This document shows, piece after piece, positions 29,543 through 40,623 of a DNA stretch of 64,000 nucleotides (position 1 is its first letter; each line of letters opens with the position of its first letter). The translations under genes were made by a program, and so were the position numbers. The stretch lies in NCBI RefSeq assembly GCF_055900595.2, contig NZ_CM148325.1. The stretch is one strand, 5' to 3'. The notes under the pieces are model-generated. The model worked only from the letters and a program-made list of their open reading frames with translations. It was not told where the DNA came from and ran no database searches.

Positions 29543-29552
29543 GGAGGTGGTA

Positions 29553-30296
29553 ATGACCACACCAAATCCACTGGCAAAGACGAAAGGTGCGGGGACGACG
29601 TTCTGGATGTATACCGGCAACGGCGATGCGTTTGCGAACCCTTTGTCGGACACTGACTGGCTGCGTCTTGCGATGGTGAAGGATCTGCAACCTGGCGAAA
29701 TGACCGCTGATGCAGAAGATGACACTTATCTCGATGATGAAGATGCAGACTGGAAAACGACAACCCAGGGGCAGAAATCCGTTGGTGATACTTCGGCGAC
29801 GCTGGCCTGGCGTCCGGGTGACAGCGGGCAGAAAAAACTGGTTCAGTTGTTCGACTCCGGTGAAGTCTGCGCGTTTCGTATCAAATATCCCAACGGCACT
29901 GTTGATGTTTTCCGTGGCTGGCTGAGCTCACTGGGTAAAACCATTGCCTCAAAAGACGTGATGACCCGCACTGTGAAAATCAGCGGTGTGGGGCGTCCGT
30001 ATCTGGCAGAGGAAGGCACTGAAACCGTGAGCGTTACCGGGCTGACAGTATCACCGGCGTCTGCCAGTGTAAAAGTGGGAGCAACCACCACGCTGACCTT
30101 TACAGTAAAACCTGACGGAGCCAGTGACAAAGCGATCAGTGTGCATTCGTCAGATCCACAGACTGCCACGGTTACCCTGAACGGACTTGTGGCCACGGTA
30201 AAAGGCGTGAAGCAGGGCAGTGTCAGCATTGTGGGCATGACCGCTGACGGGAATTTTGTGGCTGTGACTGCGGTGACTGTCAGCGCAGCAGGTTAA
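29553..30296 (+). CDS. Major tail protein (gpV-like) with C-terminal Ig-like domain
   Basis: MTTPNPLAKTKGAGTTFWMYTG...LDDEDADWKTT matches lambda V. Confidence 0.9.
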   Translation: MTTPNPLAKTKGAGTTFWMYTGNGDAFANPLSDTDWLRLAMVKDLQPGEMTADAEDDTYLDDEDADWKTTTQGQKSVGDTSATLAWRPGDSGQKKLVQLFDSGEVCAFRIKYPNGTVDVFRGWLSSLGKTIASKDVMTRTVKISGVGRPYLAEEGTETVSVTGLTVSPASASVKVGATTTLTFTVKPDGASDKAISVHSSDPQTATVTLNGLVATVKGVKQGSVSIVGMTADGNFVAVTAVTVSAAG

Positions 30297-30316
30297 CAGG
30301 ACGATACTCATCATTT

Positions 30317-30340
30317 GCCCCGGTTATGCGGGGCTTTTTT
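30317..30340 (+). terminator. Intrinsic terminator-like hairpin between V and G
   Basis: gccccggttatgcggggc followed by tttttt. Confidence 0.55.
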
Positions 30341-30356
30341 GCAGGTGGAGAACATG

Positions 30357-30743
30357 ATGTTTCTGAAACAGGACACGTTTAATTATGAAAAACAGTCCGT
30401 GGTGCTCAGTGAGCTGTCCGGGCTGCAGAGAATTGAATATCTGACGTTTGTTCAGCAGCGAACGGCAAAGTTTGATGCCGTGGAGGGAGAACTGCCGGAG
30501 GCTGAACGACAGATTGCTTTTCTGCGGATGGGGATGGATATCAATGCCTGGCTGGTTTCCCGCTCACTGTGGAATGCGGATCAGTCTAAGGATGTAGAGA
30601 CGCTTTGCGCATCCGTTATTACAACATGGTCGTATGATGCCCTGGGTGCGGGGGCGGAGATGGTTCTGTCGCTGAGCGGTATGGGGGCCATTGATAATGC
30701 CGTGGATGATGAGCATGAGGCGCTGACGCCGGAAAAGTCCTGA
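30357..30743 (+). CDS. Tail assembly chaperone G
   Basis: MFLKQDTFNYEKQSVVLSELSGLQRIEYL matches lambda G. Confidence 0.85.
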   Translation: MFLKQDTFNYEKQSVVLSELSGLQRIEYLTFVQQRTAKFDAVEGELPEAERQIAFLRMGMDINAWLVSRSLWNADQSKDVETLCASVITTWSYDALGAGAEMVLSLSGMGAIDNAVDDEHEALTPEKS

Positions 30744-31081
30744 CGCGGGAAATGCAGTTTGTCATGCGGCTTGCCCGGGAGTTCCGGCGGGCAGACTGGC
30801 GGCGGATGCTGTCGGAAATGTCGGCCACTGAGCTTGGTGAGTGGGGCGATTATTTCCGGATGCAGAGCTTCAGTGATGTGTGGATGGATGCGCAGTTTGC
30901 CTCGCTGAAGGCATTGATCGTGAGAATGGTGTCCGGCAGCAGTGATGCTGCGGTGGCTGATTTCAGCCTTTTACCGGAAGAGAACGGGATACCGGAGCGA
31001 ACGGACGAAGAACTGATGCATCTTGGGGAAGGTATTTCCGGAGGTGTGCGTTATGGACCAGATAGCCAACCTGGTCATTGA
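30677..31081 (+). CDS. Tail assembly protein T segment (expected as G-T fusion via -1 frameshift)
   Basis: -1 frame is open from 30677 across the G stop into the T-like ORF. Confidence 0.7.
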
Positions 31082-34000
31082 TTTGGGGATTGATGCGGCA
31101 GAGTTTAAAAATGAAATTCCCCGTATCAAAAACCTTCTGAATGGTGCAGCCAGCGATGCAGAACGGTCTTCTGCCCGTATGCAGCGTTTTATGGAGCGTC
31201 AGACTCAGGCCGCCCGGCAGACAACGCAGGCAGCTTCTTCGGCTGCAACAGCCGCATCCGTCCATGCGCAGACGGTGGAGAAGAACGCACAGGCTCATGA
31301 ACGCATGGCCCGCGAGGTGGAGAAAACCCGCCAGCGCATGGAGGCACTGAGCCAGAAAATGCGCGAGGAACAGGCGCAGGCCATCGCTCTGGCGGAGGCT
31401 CAGGATAAAGCGGCTGCTGCGTTTTATCGTCAGATTGACAGTGTGAAACAGGCCAGTGCGGGGCTGCAGGAATTACAGCGTATTCAGCAGCAGATCCGAC
31501 AGGCCAGAAACAGTGGCGGGATTGGTCAGCAGGATTATCTGGCGCTGATTTCTGAGGTTACGGCGAAAACCCGTGTTCTTACGCAGGCTGAGGCAGAGGC
31601 TACCCGACAGAAAGTGGCGTTTATCCGTCAGCTTAAAGAGCAGGCAACCCGCCAGAATCTTTCTTCTTCTGAGTTGCTTCGTGCCAGGGCTGCCCAGCTG
31701 GGGGTAAGCAGTGCTGCAGAAGTGTATATCCGCAAAATGGAGCGGGCAGGAAAAGCCACGCATTCGCTGGGTCTGAAAAGTGCAGCGGCCCGCCAGGAGA
31801 TAGGCGTTCTGATAGGTGAACTGGCCCGCGGCAATTTAGGGGCGCTGAGGGGATCCGGGATAACGCTGGCTAACCGTGCCGGATGGATAGACACACTGAT
31901 GTCACCGAAAGGCATGATGCTGGGCGGGGTTATTGGCGGTATTACCGCGGCCGTCTATGGTCTGGGTAAAGCCTGGTATGACGGTCAGAAGGAGGGGGAA
32001 GAATTTAACCGCCAGCTGTCGCTGACGGGGCATTATGCCGGAGTCACTGCCGGGCAGCTGTGGACGCTCAGTCGTGCTATTTCCGGGAATGGTATCACGC
32101 AACATGCTGCAGCCGGTGCGCTGGCTCAGGTGGTGGGGAGTGGTGCATTTCGTGGAAACGATATCGGTATGGTGGCGAGAGCTGCCGCACAGATGGAGCG
32201 ATCGGTTGGCCAGTCGGTCAGCGATACCATAAATCAGTTTAAGCGGCTGAAGGATGATCCTGTAAATGCCGCGAAGTCTCTGGACAATGAGCTGCATTTT
32301 CTTACTGCCACTCAGCTTGAGCAGATACGCGTCCTTGGAGAGCAGGGGCGGTCCAGTGATGCGGCACGGATAGCCATGTCTGCACTGGCAGAGGAAACCG
32401 GTCGGCGTACTGCGGATATTGATAATAACCTCAATGCGCTGGGCAGTACGCTGCAAACTTTGTCTGACTGGTGGAAGCAGTTCTGGGATGCGGCCATGAA
32501 TATTGGTCGTGAAGATTCGCTGGATGCGCAGATTGCCACTTTGCAGGAGAAAGTGTCGCGGGCGAAAAGACTCCCCTGGACGGCATCATCTTCTCAGGTT
32601 GAATACGATCAGCAGCGTCTTAACGATCTTCAGGAGAAAAAACGCCAGAAGGATTTGCAGGATGCAAAAGAGCAGGCAGAGCGGAATTATCAGGAGCAAC
32701 AGAAACGCCGTAATGCTGAAAATGCTGCACTGAACCGGATGAATGAAACGGAAGCTGCACGACATCAGCGTGAAATTGCGCGTATTAATGCCATGCAGTA
32801 CGCCGATCAGGCTGTCAGGGATGCGGCGATACAACGTGAAAATGAACGTTACGAGAAAGCCCTGGCATCCGGTAAGAAAAAAACACGCGAAACCCGTAAT
32901 GATGAGGCCACCCGGTTATTGCTGCAGTACAGTCAGCAACAGGCACAGGTGGAAGGACAGATTGCTGCTGCCAGACAGTCAGCAGGCATTGCCACGGAAA
33001 GGATGACAGAAGCGCATAAACAGCTCCTGGCTCTGCAGCAGCGCATCAGCGACCTGGACGGGAAAAAACTGACGGCAGATGAAAAGAGTGTGCTGGCCCG
33101 TAAAGATGAACTGATTCAGGCACTGACGCTGCTGGATGTAAAACAGCAGGAGCTTCAGAAACAGACGGCACTCAACGAGCTGAAGAAAAAACAATTCAGC
33201 TGACCAGTCAACTGGCTGAAGAAGAGCGCGCTCAGCGTCAGCAACATGACCTGGATATCGCCACGGTGGGTATGGGTGATCAGCAGCGACAGCGATATCA
33301 GGTACAACTGAGTCTTCGCCAGAAATACCAGCAACAGCTGGAGCAGTTGAGGCGGGATAGTGAGCAGAAAGGGACATATAACACGGATGACTACAGAAAG
33401 GCCGAGCAGGCGCTGACGGAGAGCCTGAACCGACAACTGAATGAGAATCGCCGTTACTGGCAACAGCTTGAAGTTGTGCAGGGTAACTGGAAAAACGGAG
33501 TCCTGCGTGCATTTCAGGATTTTACCGTGGATGCAGATAATACGGCAGAAACAGCAGAACAGGTGTTCTCGTCAGCCTTCAGCAACATGGGAAATGGCCT
33601 GGCAACTTTTGTCACTACCGGCAAACTCAATTTCAAATCCTTCACCTCTTCTGTGCTGTCAGATATGGCGAAAATCCTGGCGCAGGCAACCATGATGAAA
33701 TCGATAAAAGGGATTGGCAGTGTACTGGGATTTGATCTCAGCAGCCTTTCCCTGAATGCCAATGGGGGGATTTATCAGTCTGCTGATTTGAGTCGTTACA
33801 GTGGCACGGTGGTTAACCGTCCGACGTTTTTTGCTTTTGCAAAAGGCGCGGGTGTGATGGGGGAAGCGGGACCTGAAGCCATTCTGCCATTGCGTCGTGG
33901 TGCTGACGGTAAGCTGGGGGTTGTGGCGGATATTGGGGGTTCAGGTATGGCGATGTTTTCCCCGCAGTACAACATCGAGATCAATAACGATGGCACGAAC

Positions 34001-34117
34001 GGGCAGATAGGTCCGGCTGCCCTGAAGGCGGTTTATGACCTCGGGAAAAAAGCGGCAGCGGACTTTATGCAACAGCAGGCCCGTGATGGTGGTCGGTTAA
34101 GTGGAGCATATCGGTAA
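31053..34117 (+). CDS. Tail tape measure protein (gpH-like), interrupted by an apparent frameshift near 33186-33203
   Basis: Two consecutive ORFs (frame 0 to 33203, -1 frame open from 33110) both with tape-measure character; GGAGGTG RBS before ATG 31053. Confidence 0.8.
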
Positions 34118-34446
34118 TGGAGACGTTTCACTGGAAAGTGCGCCCGGATATGAATGTGGTATCAGAGCCGAAAGTGGTGACAGTGAAGCTGGGCGATGGT
34201 TATGAACAGCGTCGTGCGGCGGGACTGAATAACCAGTTGTCGACTTACAGCGTGACGATACGTGTTCGTAAATGTGAACACCCATCTTTAAAAGCCTTTC
34301 TGGAACGGCACGGTGGCGTCCGTGCATTTCAGTGGACGCCACCTTATGACTGGAAACCGATCAGGGTGGTTTGTCGTAAATGGTCGGCAAGCGTGGGGGC
34401 GCTGTGGGTAACCATAACGGCAGATTTTGAACAGGTCGTGGCATAG
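34117..34446 (+). CDS. Minor tail protein M
   Basis: METFHWKVRPDMNVVSEP... matches lambda M. Confidence 0.9.
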   Translation: METFHWKVRPDMNVVSEPKVVTVKLGDGYEQRRAAGLNNQLSTYSVTIRVRKCEHPSLKAFLERHGGVRAFQWTPPYDWKPIRVVCRKWSASVGALWVTITADFEQVVA

Positions 34447-34455
34447 GAGGCTCTG

Positions 34456-35154
34456 ATGCAGGATATTCCACAGGAAACACATCATGAGACGACACGCCTC
34501 ACTCAGTCAGCCCAGGTGGTGCTCTGGGAAATCGATCTGACAGAGGTCGGTGGTGAACGTTATTTTTTCTGTAATGAGCAGAACGAAAAAGGTGAGCCGG
34601 TTACCTGGCAGGGGCGGCAGTATCAGGCATACCCCATTCAGGGGACGGGATTTGAACTGAACGGCAAGGGCAGTGCTGCCCGTCCGACACTGACGGTTTC
34701 TAACCTGCACGGAATGGTCACCGGGATGGCGGAAGACCTGCAGAGTCTGGTCGGCGGAACGGTGGTCAGGCGTAAGGTTTACGCCCGTTTTCTGGATGCG
34801 GTGAACTTCGTCAACGGAAACAGTGACGCCGATCCGGAGCAGGAGGTGATCAGCCGCTGGCGCATCGAGCAGTGCAGCGAACTGAGCGCGGTCAGTGCCT
34901 CTTTTGTACTGTCCACGCCGACGGAAACGGACGGTGCTGTTTTTCCGGGACGTATTATGCTGGCCAACACCTGCACCTGGACCTATCGCGGCGATGAGTG
35001 CGGTTATAGCGGTCCGGCGGTCGCGGATGAATATGATCAGCCGACGTCCGATATCACGAAGGATAAATGCAGCAAATGCCTGAGCGGCTGTAAGTTCCGC
35101 AATAACGTCGGCAACTTTGGCGGTTTTCTTTCCATTCACAAACTTTCGCAGTAA
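34456..35154 (+). CDS. Minor tail protein L
   Basis: Lambda L-like, conserved Cys cluster at the C-terminus. Confidence 0.9.
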   Translation: MQDIPQETHHETTRLTQSAQVVLWEIDLTEVGGERYFFCNEQNEKGEPVTWQGRQYQAYPIQGTGFELNGKGSAARPTLTVSNLHGMVTGMAEDLQSLVGGTVVRRKVYARFLDAVNFVNGNSDADPEQEVISRWRIEQCSELSAVSASFVLSTPTETDGAVFPGRIMLANTCTWTYRGDECGYSGPAVADEYDQPTSDITKDKCSKCLSGCKFRNNVGNFGGFLSIHKLSQ

Positions 35155-35158
35155 TTCC

Positions 35159-35902
35159 ATGACAGAGACAGAATCAGCGATTCTGGCGCACGCCCGGCGA
35201 TGTGCGCCAGCGGAGTCGTGCGGCTTCGTGGTGAGAGCGCCGGAGGGGGAAAGATATTTCCCCTGCGTGAATATCTCCGGTGAGCCGGAGGCGTATTTCC
35301 GGATGTCGCCGGAGGACTGGCTGCAGGCAGAGATGCAGGGTGAGATTGTGGCACTGGTCCACAGTCACCCCGGTGGTCTGCCCTGGCTGAGTGAGGCCGA
35401 CCGGCGGCTGCAGGTGCAGAGTGATTTGCCGTGGTGGCTGGTTTGCCGGGGAGCGATTCACAAGTTCCGCTGTGTGCCACATCTTTCCGGGCGGCGCTTT
35501 GAGCACGGGGTGACGGACTGTTACACGCTGTTCCGGGATGCTTACCATCTGGCGGGGATTGAGATGCCGGATTTTCATCGCGAGGATGACTGGTGGCGTA
35601 ACGGTCAGAATCTCTATCTGGATAATCTGGAGGCCACAGGGCTGTATCAGGTGCCGTTGTCAGCGGCGCAGCCGGGCGATGTGCTGCTGTGCTGTTTTGG
35701 TTCATCGGTGCCGAATCATGCCGCCATTTACTGTGGTGACAGCGAGCTGCTGCACCATATTCCTGAACAACTGAGCAAACGAGAGAGGTACACCGACAAA
35801 TGGCAGCGACGCACACACTCCCTCTGGCGTCACCGGGCATGGCACGCATCTGCCTTTACGGGGATTTACAACGATTTGGCCGCCGCATCGACCTTCGAGT
35901 GA
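35159..35902 (+). CDS. Tail assembly protein K (MPN/JAB plus NlpC/P60-like)
   Basis: VALVHSHPGG motif; lambda K-like. Confidence 0.9.
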   Translation: MTETESAILAHARRCAPAESCGFVVRAPEGERYFPCVNISGEPEAYFRMSPEDWLQAEMQGEIVALVHSHPGGLPWLSEADRRLQVQSDLPWWLVCRGAIHKFRCVPHLSGRRFEHGVTDCYTLFRDAYHLAGIEMPDFHREDDWWRNGQNLYLDNLEATGLYQVPLSAAQPGDVLLCCFGSSVPNHAAIYCGDSELLHHIPEQLSKRERYTDKWQRRTHSLWRHRAWHASAFTGIYNDLAAASTFE

Positions 35903-36447
35903 AAACGGGGTCCGAAGCCATCCGGGCGCTGGCCATGCAGATCCCGGCGTTTCGTCAGAAACTGAGCGACGGCTGGTACCAGGTACGCATTGCCGGGCGT
36001 GATGCCGGTGAAACCGAATTGTCTGCCCGTCTTAATGAGCCGCTGGCAAATGGTGCCGTGATCCACATCGTGCCGCGTCTGGCGGGAGCTAAAAGTGGCG
36101 GTGTGTTTCAGGTGGTGCTGGGGGCGGCGCTGATTGCGGTGGCATGGTGGAACCCTGTGGGCTGGCTGGGAGCCGCGGCTGTATCGGGTATGTATGCGGC
36201 AGGGGCCAGTATGATCCTGGGCGGAGTGGCGCAGATGCTGGCACCGAAAGCCAGGACGCCCACGGCAGCAAGTACAGATAACGGCAAACAGAACACCTAT
36301 TTCTCCTCACTGGATAACATGGTTGCCCAGGGCAATGTTCTGCCCGTTCTGTACGGTGAAATGCGCGTGGGGTCGCGGGTGGTCTCTCAGGAGATCAGCA
36401 CGGCAGACGAAGGGGATGGTGGTCAGGTTGTGGTGATTGGTCGCTGA
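35800..36447 (+). CDS. Tail assembly protein I
   Basis: MAATHTLPLASPGMARICLYGDLQRFG... matches lambda I; overlaps K. Confidence 0.9.
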   Translation: MAATHTLPLASPGMARICLYGDLQRFGRRIDLRVKTGSEAIRALAMQIPAFRQKLSDGWYQVRIAGRDAGETELSARLNEPLANGAVIHIVPRLAGAKSGGVFQVVLGAALIAVAWWNPVGWLGAAAVSGMYAAGASMILGGVAQMLAPKARTPTAASTDNGKQNTYFSSLDNMVAQGNVLPVLYGEMRVGSRVVSQEISTADEGDGGQVVVIGR

Positions 36448-36507
36448 TGAAAAACGTTTTATGTGAAACCGCCTCCGGGCGGTTTTGTCGTTTATGGAGC
36501 GTTAGGA

Positions 36508-39500
36508 ATGGGTAAAGGCAGCAGTAAGGGGCATACTCCGCGCGAAGCGAAGGACAACCTGAAGTCCACGCAGTTGCTGAGTGTGATCGATGCCATCAGC
36601 GAAGGGCCGGTTGAAGGTCCGGTAGATGGATTAAAAAGCGTGCTGCTGAACAGTACGCCAGTGCTGGACATTGAGGGGAATACCAACATCTCCGGCGTCA
36701 CGGTGGTGTTCCGGGCCGGTGAGCAGGAGCAAACACCGCCGGAGGGATTTGAATCCTCCGGCTCCGAGACGGTGCTGGGTACGGAAGTGAAATACGACAC
36801 GCCGATCACCCGGACCATCACGTCGGCAAACATTGACCGACTGCGTTTTACCTTCGGCGTGCAGGCACTGGTGGAAACCACCTCAAAGGGGGACAGGAAT
36901 CCGTCGGAAGTCCGCCTGCTGGTTCAGATACAACGTAACGGTGGCTGGGTGACGGAAAAAGACATCACCATTAAAGGCAAAACCACCTCACAGTATCTGG
37001 CCTCGGTGGTGGTGGGTAACCTGCCGCCGCGCCCGTTCAATATCCGGATGCGCAGGATGACGCCGGACAGCACCACAGACCAACTGCAGAACAAAACGCT
37101 CTGGTCGTCATACACCGAAATCATCGATGTGAAACAGTGCTACCCGAACACGGCACTGGTTGGCGTGCAGGTGGACTCGGAGCAGTTCGGCAGCCAGCAG
37201 GTGAGCCGTAATTATCATCTTCGCGGGCGCATTCTGCAGGTGCCGTCGAACTATAACCCGCAGACGCGGCAATACAGCGGTATCTGGGACGGAACGTTAA
37301 AACCGGCATACAGCAACAACATGGCCTGGTGTCTGTGGGATATGCTGACCCACCCGCGCTACGGCATGGGGAAACGTCTTGGTGCGGCAGATGTGGATAA
37401 ATGGGCGCTGTATGTCATCGGCCAGAATTGCGACCAGTCGGTGCCGGACGGCTTTGGCGGTACGGAGCCGCGCATCACCTGTAACGCTTACCTGACCACA
37501 CAACGTAAGGCGTGGGATGTGCTCAGTGATTTCTGCTCGGCGATGCGCTGTATGCCGGTATGGAGCGGGCAGACGCTGACGTTCGTGCAGGACCGACCGT
37601 CGGATAAGGTGTGGACCTATAACCGCAGTAATGTGGTGATGCCGGATGATGGCGCGCCGTTCCGCTACAGCTTCAGCGCCCTGAAAGACCGCCATAATGC
37701 CGTTGAGGTGAACTGGATTGACCCGGATAACGGCTGGGAGACGGCAACAGAGCTTGTGGAGGACTCGCAGGCCATTGCCCGTTACGGTCGTAACGTCACG
37801 AAGATGGATGCCTTTGGCTGTACCAGCCGGGGGCAGGCACACCGCGCCGGGCTGTGGCTGATTAAAACGGAGCTGCTGGAAACGCAGACGGTGGACTTCA
37901 GCGTGGGTGCCGAAGGGCTTCGCCATGTGCCGGGCGATGTTATTGAAATCTGCGATGATGACTATGCCGGTATCAGCATCGGTGGTCGCGTGCTGGCGGT
38001 GAACAGCCAGACCCGGACGCTGACGCTCGACCGTGAAATCACGCTGCCATCCTCCGGCACCACGCTGATAAGCCTGGTTGACGGTGAGGGTAATCCGGTC
38101 AGCGTGGAGGTCCAGTCCGTCACCGACGGCGTGAAGGTGAAAGTGAGCCGTGTTCCTGACGGCGTTGCTGAATACAGCGTGTGGGGGCTGAAGTTGCCGA
38201 CGTTGCGCCAGCGCCTGTTCCGCTGCGTGAGTATCCGTGAGAACGACGACGGCACGTATGCCATCACTGCCGTGCAGCATGTACCGGAGAAAGAGGCCAT
38301 CGTGGATAACGGGGCGCACTTTGACGGTGACCAGAGCGGCACGGTGAATGGTGTCACGCCGCCAGCAGTGCAGCACCTGACCGCAGAAGTCACTGCAGAC
38401 AGCGGGGAATATCAGGTGCTGGCGCGATGGGACACACCGAAGGTGGTGAAGGGCGTGAGCTTCCTGCTTCGCCTGACCGTGGCAGCGGATGACGGCAGTG
38501 AGCGGCTGGTCAGCACGGCCCGGACGACGGAAACCACTTACCGCTTCACACAACTGGCTCTGGGGAACTACAGGCTGACAGTCCGGGCAGTAAATGCGTG
38601 GGGGCAGCAGGGCGATCCGGCGTCGGTATCGTTCCGGATTGCCGCACCGGCAGCGCCGTCGCGGATTGAGCTGACGCCGGGCTATTTTCAGATAACCGCC
38701 ACGCCGCATCTTGCGGTTTATGATCCGACGGTACAGTTTGAGGTCTGGTTCTCGGAAAAACGGATTGCTGATATCAGGCAGGTTGAAACCAGCGCGCGTT
38801 ATCTTGGTACGGCGCTGTACTGGATAGCCGCCAGTATCAATATCAAACCGGGTCGTGATTATTACTTTTATATCCGCAGTGTGAACACCGTCGGCAAATC
38901 GGCATTCGTGGAGGCTGTTGGTCGGGCGAGCGATGATGCGGAAGGTTACCTGGATTTTTTCAAAGGCCAGATAACCGAATCCCATCTCGGCAAGGAGCTG
39001 CTGGAAAAAGTCGAGCTGACGGAGGATAACGCCAGCAGACTGGAGGAGTTTTCGAAAGAGTGGAAGGACGCCAGTGATAAGTGGAATGCCATGTGGGGCG
39101 TCAAAATTGAGCAGACCAAAGACGGCAAACATTATGTCGCGGGTATTGGCCTCAGTATGGAGGATACAGAGGAAGGCAAACTGAGTCAGTTTCTGGTTGC
39201 CGCCAATCGTATCGCGTTTATTGACCCGGCAAACGGGAATGAAACGCCGATGTTTGTGGCGCAGGGCAACCAGATATTCATGAACGACGTGTTCCTGAAA
39301 CGCCTGACGGCCCCCACCATTACCAGCGGCGGTAATCCTCCGGCATTTTCCCTGACACCGGATGGGCGGCTGACGGCGAAAAATGCCGATATCAGCGGTA
39401 ACGTGAATGCGAACTCCGGGACGCTCAACAACGTCACGATTAACGAGAACTGTCGGGTTCTGGGAAAACTGTCCGCGAACCAGATTGAAGGCGATCTCGT

Positions 39501-39903
39501 TAAAACAGTGGGCAAAGCTTTCCCCCGGGACTCCCGTGCACCGGAGCGGTGGCCATCAGGGACCATTACCGTCAGGGTTTATGACGATCAGCCGTTTGAC
39601 CGGCAGATTGTTATTCCGGCGGTGGCATTCAGCGGCGCTAAACATGAGAGAGAGCATACTGATATTTACTCCTCATGCCGTCTGATAGTGCGGAAAAACG
39701 GTGCTGAAATTTATAACCGTACCGCGCTGGATAATACGCTGATTTACAGTGGCGTTATTGATATGCCTGCCGGTCACGGTCACATGACGCTGGAGTTTTC
39801 GGTGTCAGCATGGCTGGTAAATGACTGGTATCCCACAGCAAGTATCAGCGATTTGCTGGTTGTGGTGATGAAGAAAGCCACCGCAGGCATCAGTATCAGC
39901 TGA
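36508..39903 (+). CDS. Host specificity protein J (central tail fibre)
   Basis: Near-identical to lambda J over most of its length as I recall it; C-terminal about 150 aa diverge. Confidence 0.9.
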   Translation: MGKGSSKGHTPREAKDNLKSTQLLSVIDAISEGPVEGPVDGLKSVLLNSTPVLDIEGNTNISGVTVVFRAGEQEQTPPEGFESSGSETVLGTEVKYDTPITRTITSANIDRLRFTFGVQALVETTSKGDRNPSEVRLLVQIQRNGGWVTEKDITIKGKTTSQYLASVVVGNLPPRPFNIRMRRMTPDSTTDQLQNKTLWSSYTEIIDVKQCYPNTALVGVQVDSEQFGSQQVSRNYHLRGRILQVPSNYNPQTRQYSGIWDGTLKPAYSNNMAWCLWDMLTHPRYGMGKRLGAADVDKWALYVIGQNCDQSVPDGFGGTEPRITCNAYLTTQRKAWDVLSDFCSAMRCMPVWSGQTLTFVQDRPSDKVWTYNRSNVVMPDDGAPFRYSFSALKDRHNAVEVNWIDPDNGWETATELVEDSQAIARYGRNVTKMDAFGCTSRGQAHRAGLWLIKTELLETQTVDFSVGAEGLRHVPGDVIEICDDDYAGISIGGRVLAVNSQTRTLTLDREITLPSSGTTLISLVDGEGNPVSVEVQSVTDGVKVKVSRVPDGVAEYSVWGLKLPTLRQRLFRCVSIRENDDGTYAITAVQHVPEKEAIVDNGAHFDGDQSGTVNGVTPPAVQHLTAEVTADSGEYQVLARWDTPKVVKGVSFLLRLTVAADDGSERLVSTARTTETTYRFTQLALGNYRLTVRAVNAWGQQGDPASVSFRIAAPAAPSRIELTPGYFQITATPHLAVYDPTVQFEVWFSEKRIADIRQVETSARYLGTALYWIAASINIKPGRDYYFYIRSVNTVGKSAFVEAVGRASDDAEGYLDFFKGQITESHLGKELLEKVELTEDNASRLEEFSKEWKDASDKWNAMWGVKIEQTKDGKHYVAGIGLSMEDTEEGKLSQFLVAANRIAFIDPANGNETPMFVAQGNQIFMNDVFLKRLTAPTITSGGNPPAFSLTPDGRLTAKNADISGNVNANSGTLNNVTINENCRVLGKLSANQIEGDLVKTVGKAFPRDSRAPERWPSGTITVRVYDDQPFDRQIVIPAVAFSGAKHEREHTDIYSSCRLIVRKNGAEIYNRTALDNTLIYSGVIDMPAGHGHMTLEFSVSAWLVNDWYPTASISDLLVVVMKKATAGISIS

Positions 39904-39922
39904 ATTTTATAACCCATATACG

Positions 39923-39946
39923 GGCGCCAGAAATGGCGCCTTTTTT
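39923..39946 (+). terminator. Rho-independent terminator after J
   Basis: gggcgccagaaatggcgcctttttt. Confidence 0.7.
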
Positions 39947-39970
39947 ATTGCAGAAAAGCGAGAGGTAATT

Positions 39971-40570
39971 ATGCGTAAAGTTTGTGCAGCCATTTTGTCC
40001 GCAGCCATCTGTCTGTCCGTATCCGGTGCGCCTGCATGGGCATCTGAACATCAGTCCACGCTGAGCGCGGGGTATCTTCATGCCTCGACGAACGTTCCCG
40101 GCAGCGATGATCTTAACGGGATTAACATGAAATACCGTTATGAGTTTACGGACACACTGGGGCTGGTGACGTCATTCAGCTATGCAGGAGACAAGAATCG
40201 CCAGCTTACCCGTTACAGCAATACCCGCTGGCATGAAGATTCCGTGCGTAACCGCTGGTTCAGCGTGATGGTGGGGCCGTCTGTGCGCGTGAATGAATGG
40301 TTCAGCGCGTATGCGATGGCGGGTATGGCTTACAGCCGTGTGTCGACTTTTTCCGGGGATTATCTCCGCGTAACTGACAATAAGGGGAAAACGCACGATG
40401 TGCTGACCGGAAGTGATGACGGTCGCCACAGCAACACGTCTCTGGCGTGGGGAGCTGGCGTGCAGTTTAACCCGACCGAATCCGTGGCCATTGATATTGC
40501 TTATGAAGGCTCCGGCAGTGGTGACTGGCGCACTGACGGTTTCATCGTGGGTGTCGGTTATAAATTCTGA
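39971..40570 (+). CDS. lom: Lom-like outer-membrane protein (Ail/Lom family)
   Basis: Signal peptide plus beta-barrel, ends with aromatic residue; lambda Lom-like. Confidence 0.85.
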
Positions 40571-40596
40571 TTAGCCAGGTAACACAGTGTTATGAC

Positions 40597-40623
40597 AGCC
40601 CGCCGGTTCAGGCGGGCTTTTTG
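40597..40623 (+). terminator. Rho-independent terminator after lom
   Basis: agcccgccggttcaggcgggcttttt. Confidence 0.7.

Noticed and set aside
31902-33512. Minus-strand ORFs of 184 and 177 aa
   Set aside because: Antisense within the tape measure gene
35136-35849. 237-aa minus-strand ORF
   Set aside because: Antisense within tail gene K; Ala/Pro/Arg-rich
37297-39132. 611-aa minus-strand ORF
   Set aside because: Lies antisense inside the well-supported J gene; Arg/Pro/His-rich composition typical of a GC-rich antisense artefact
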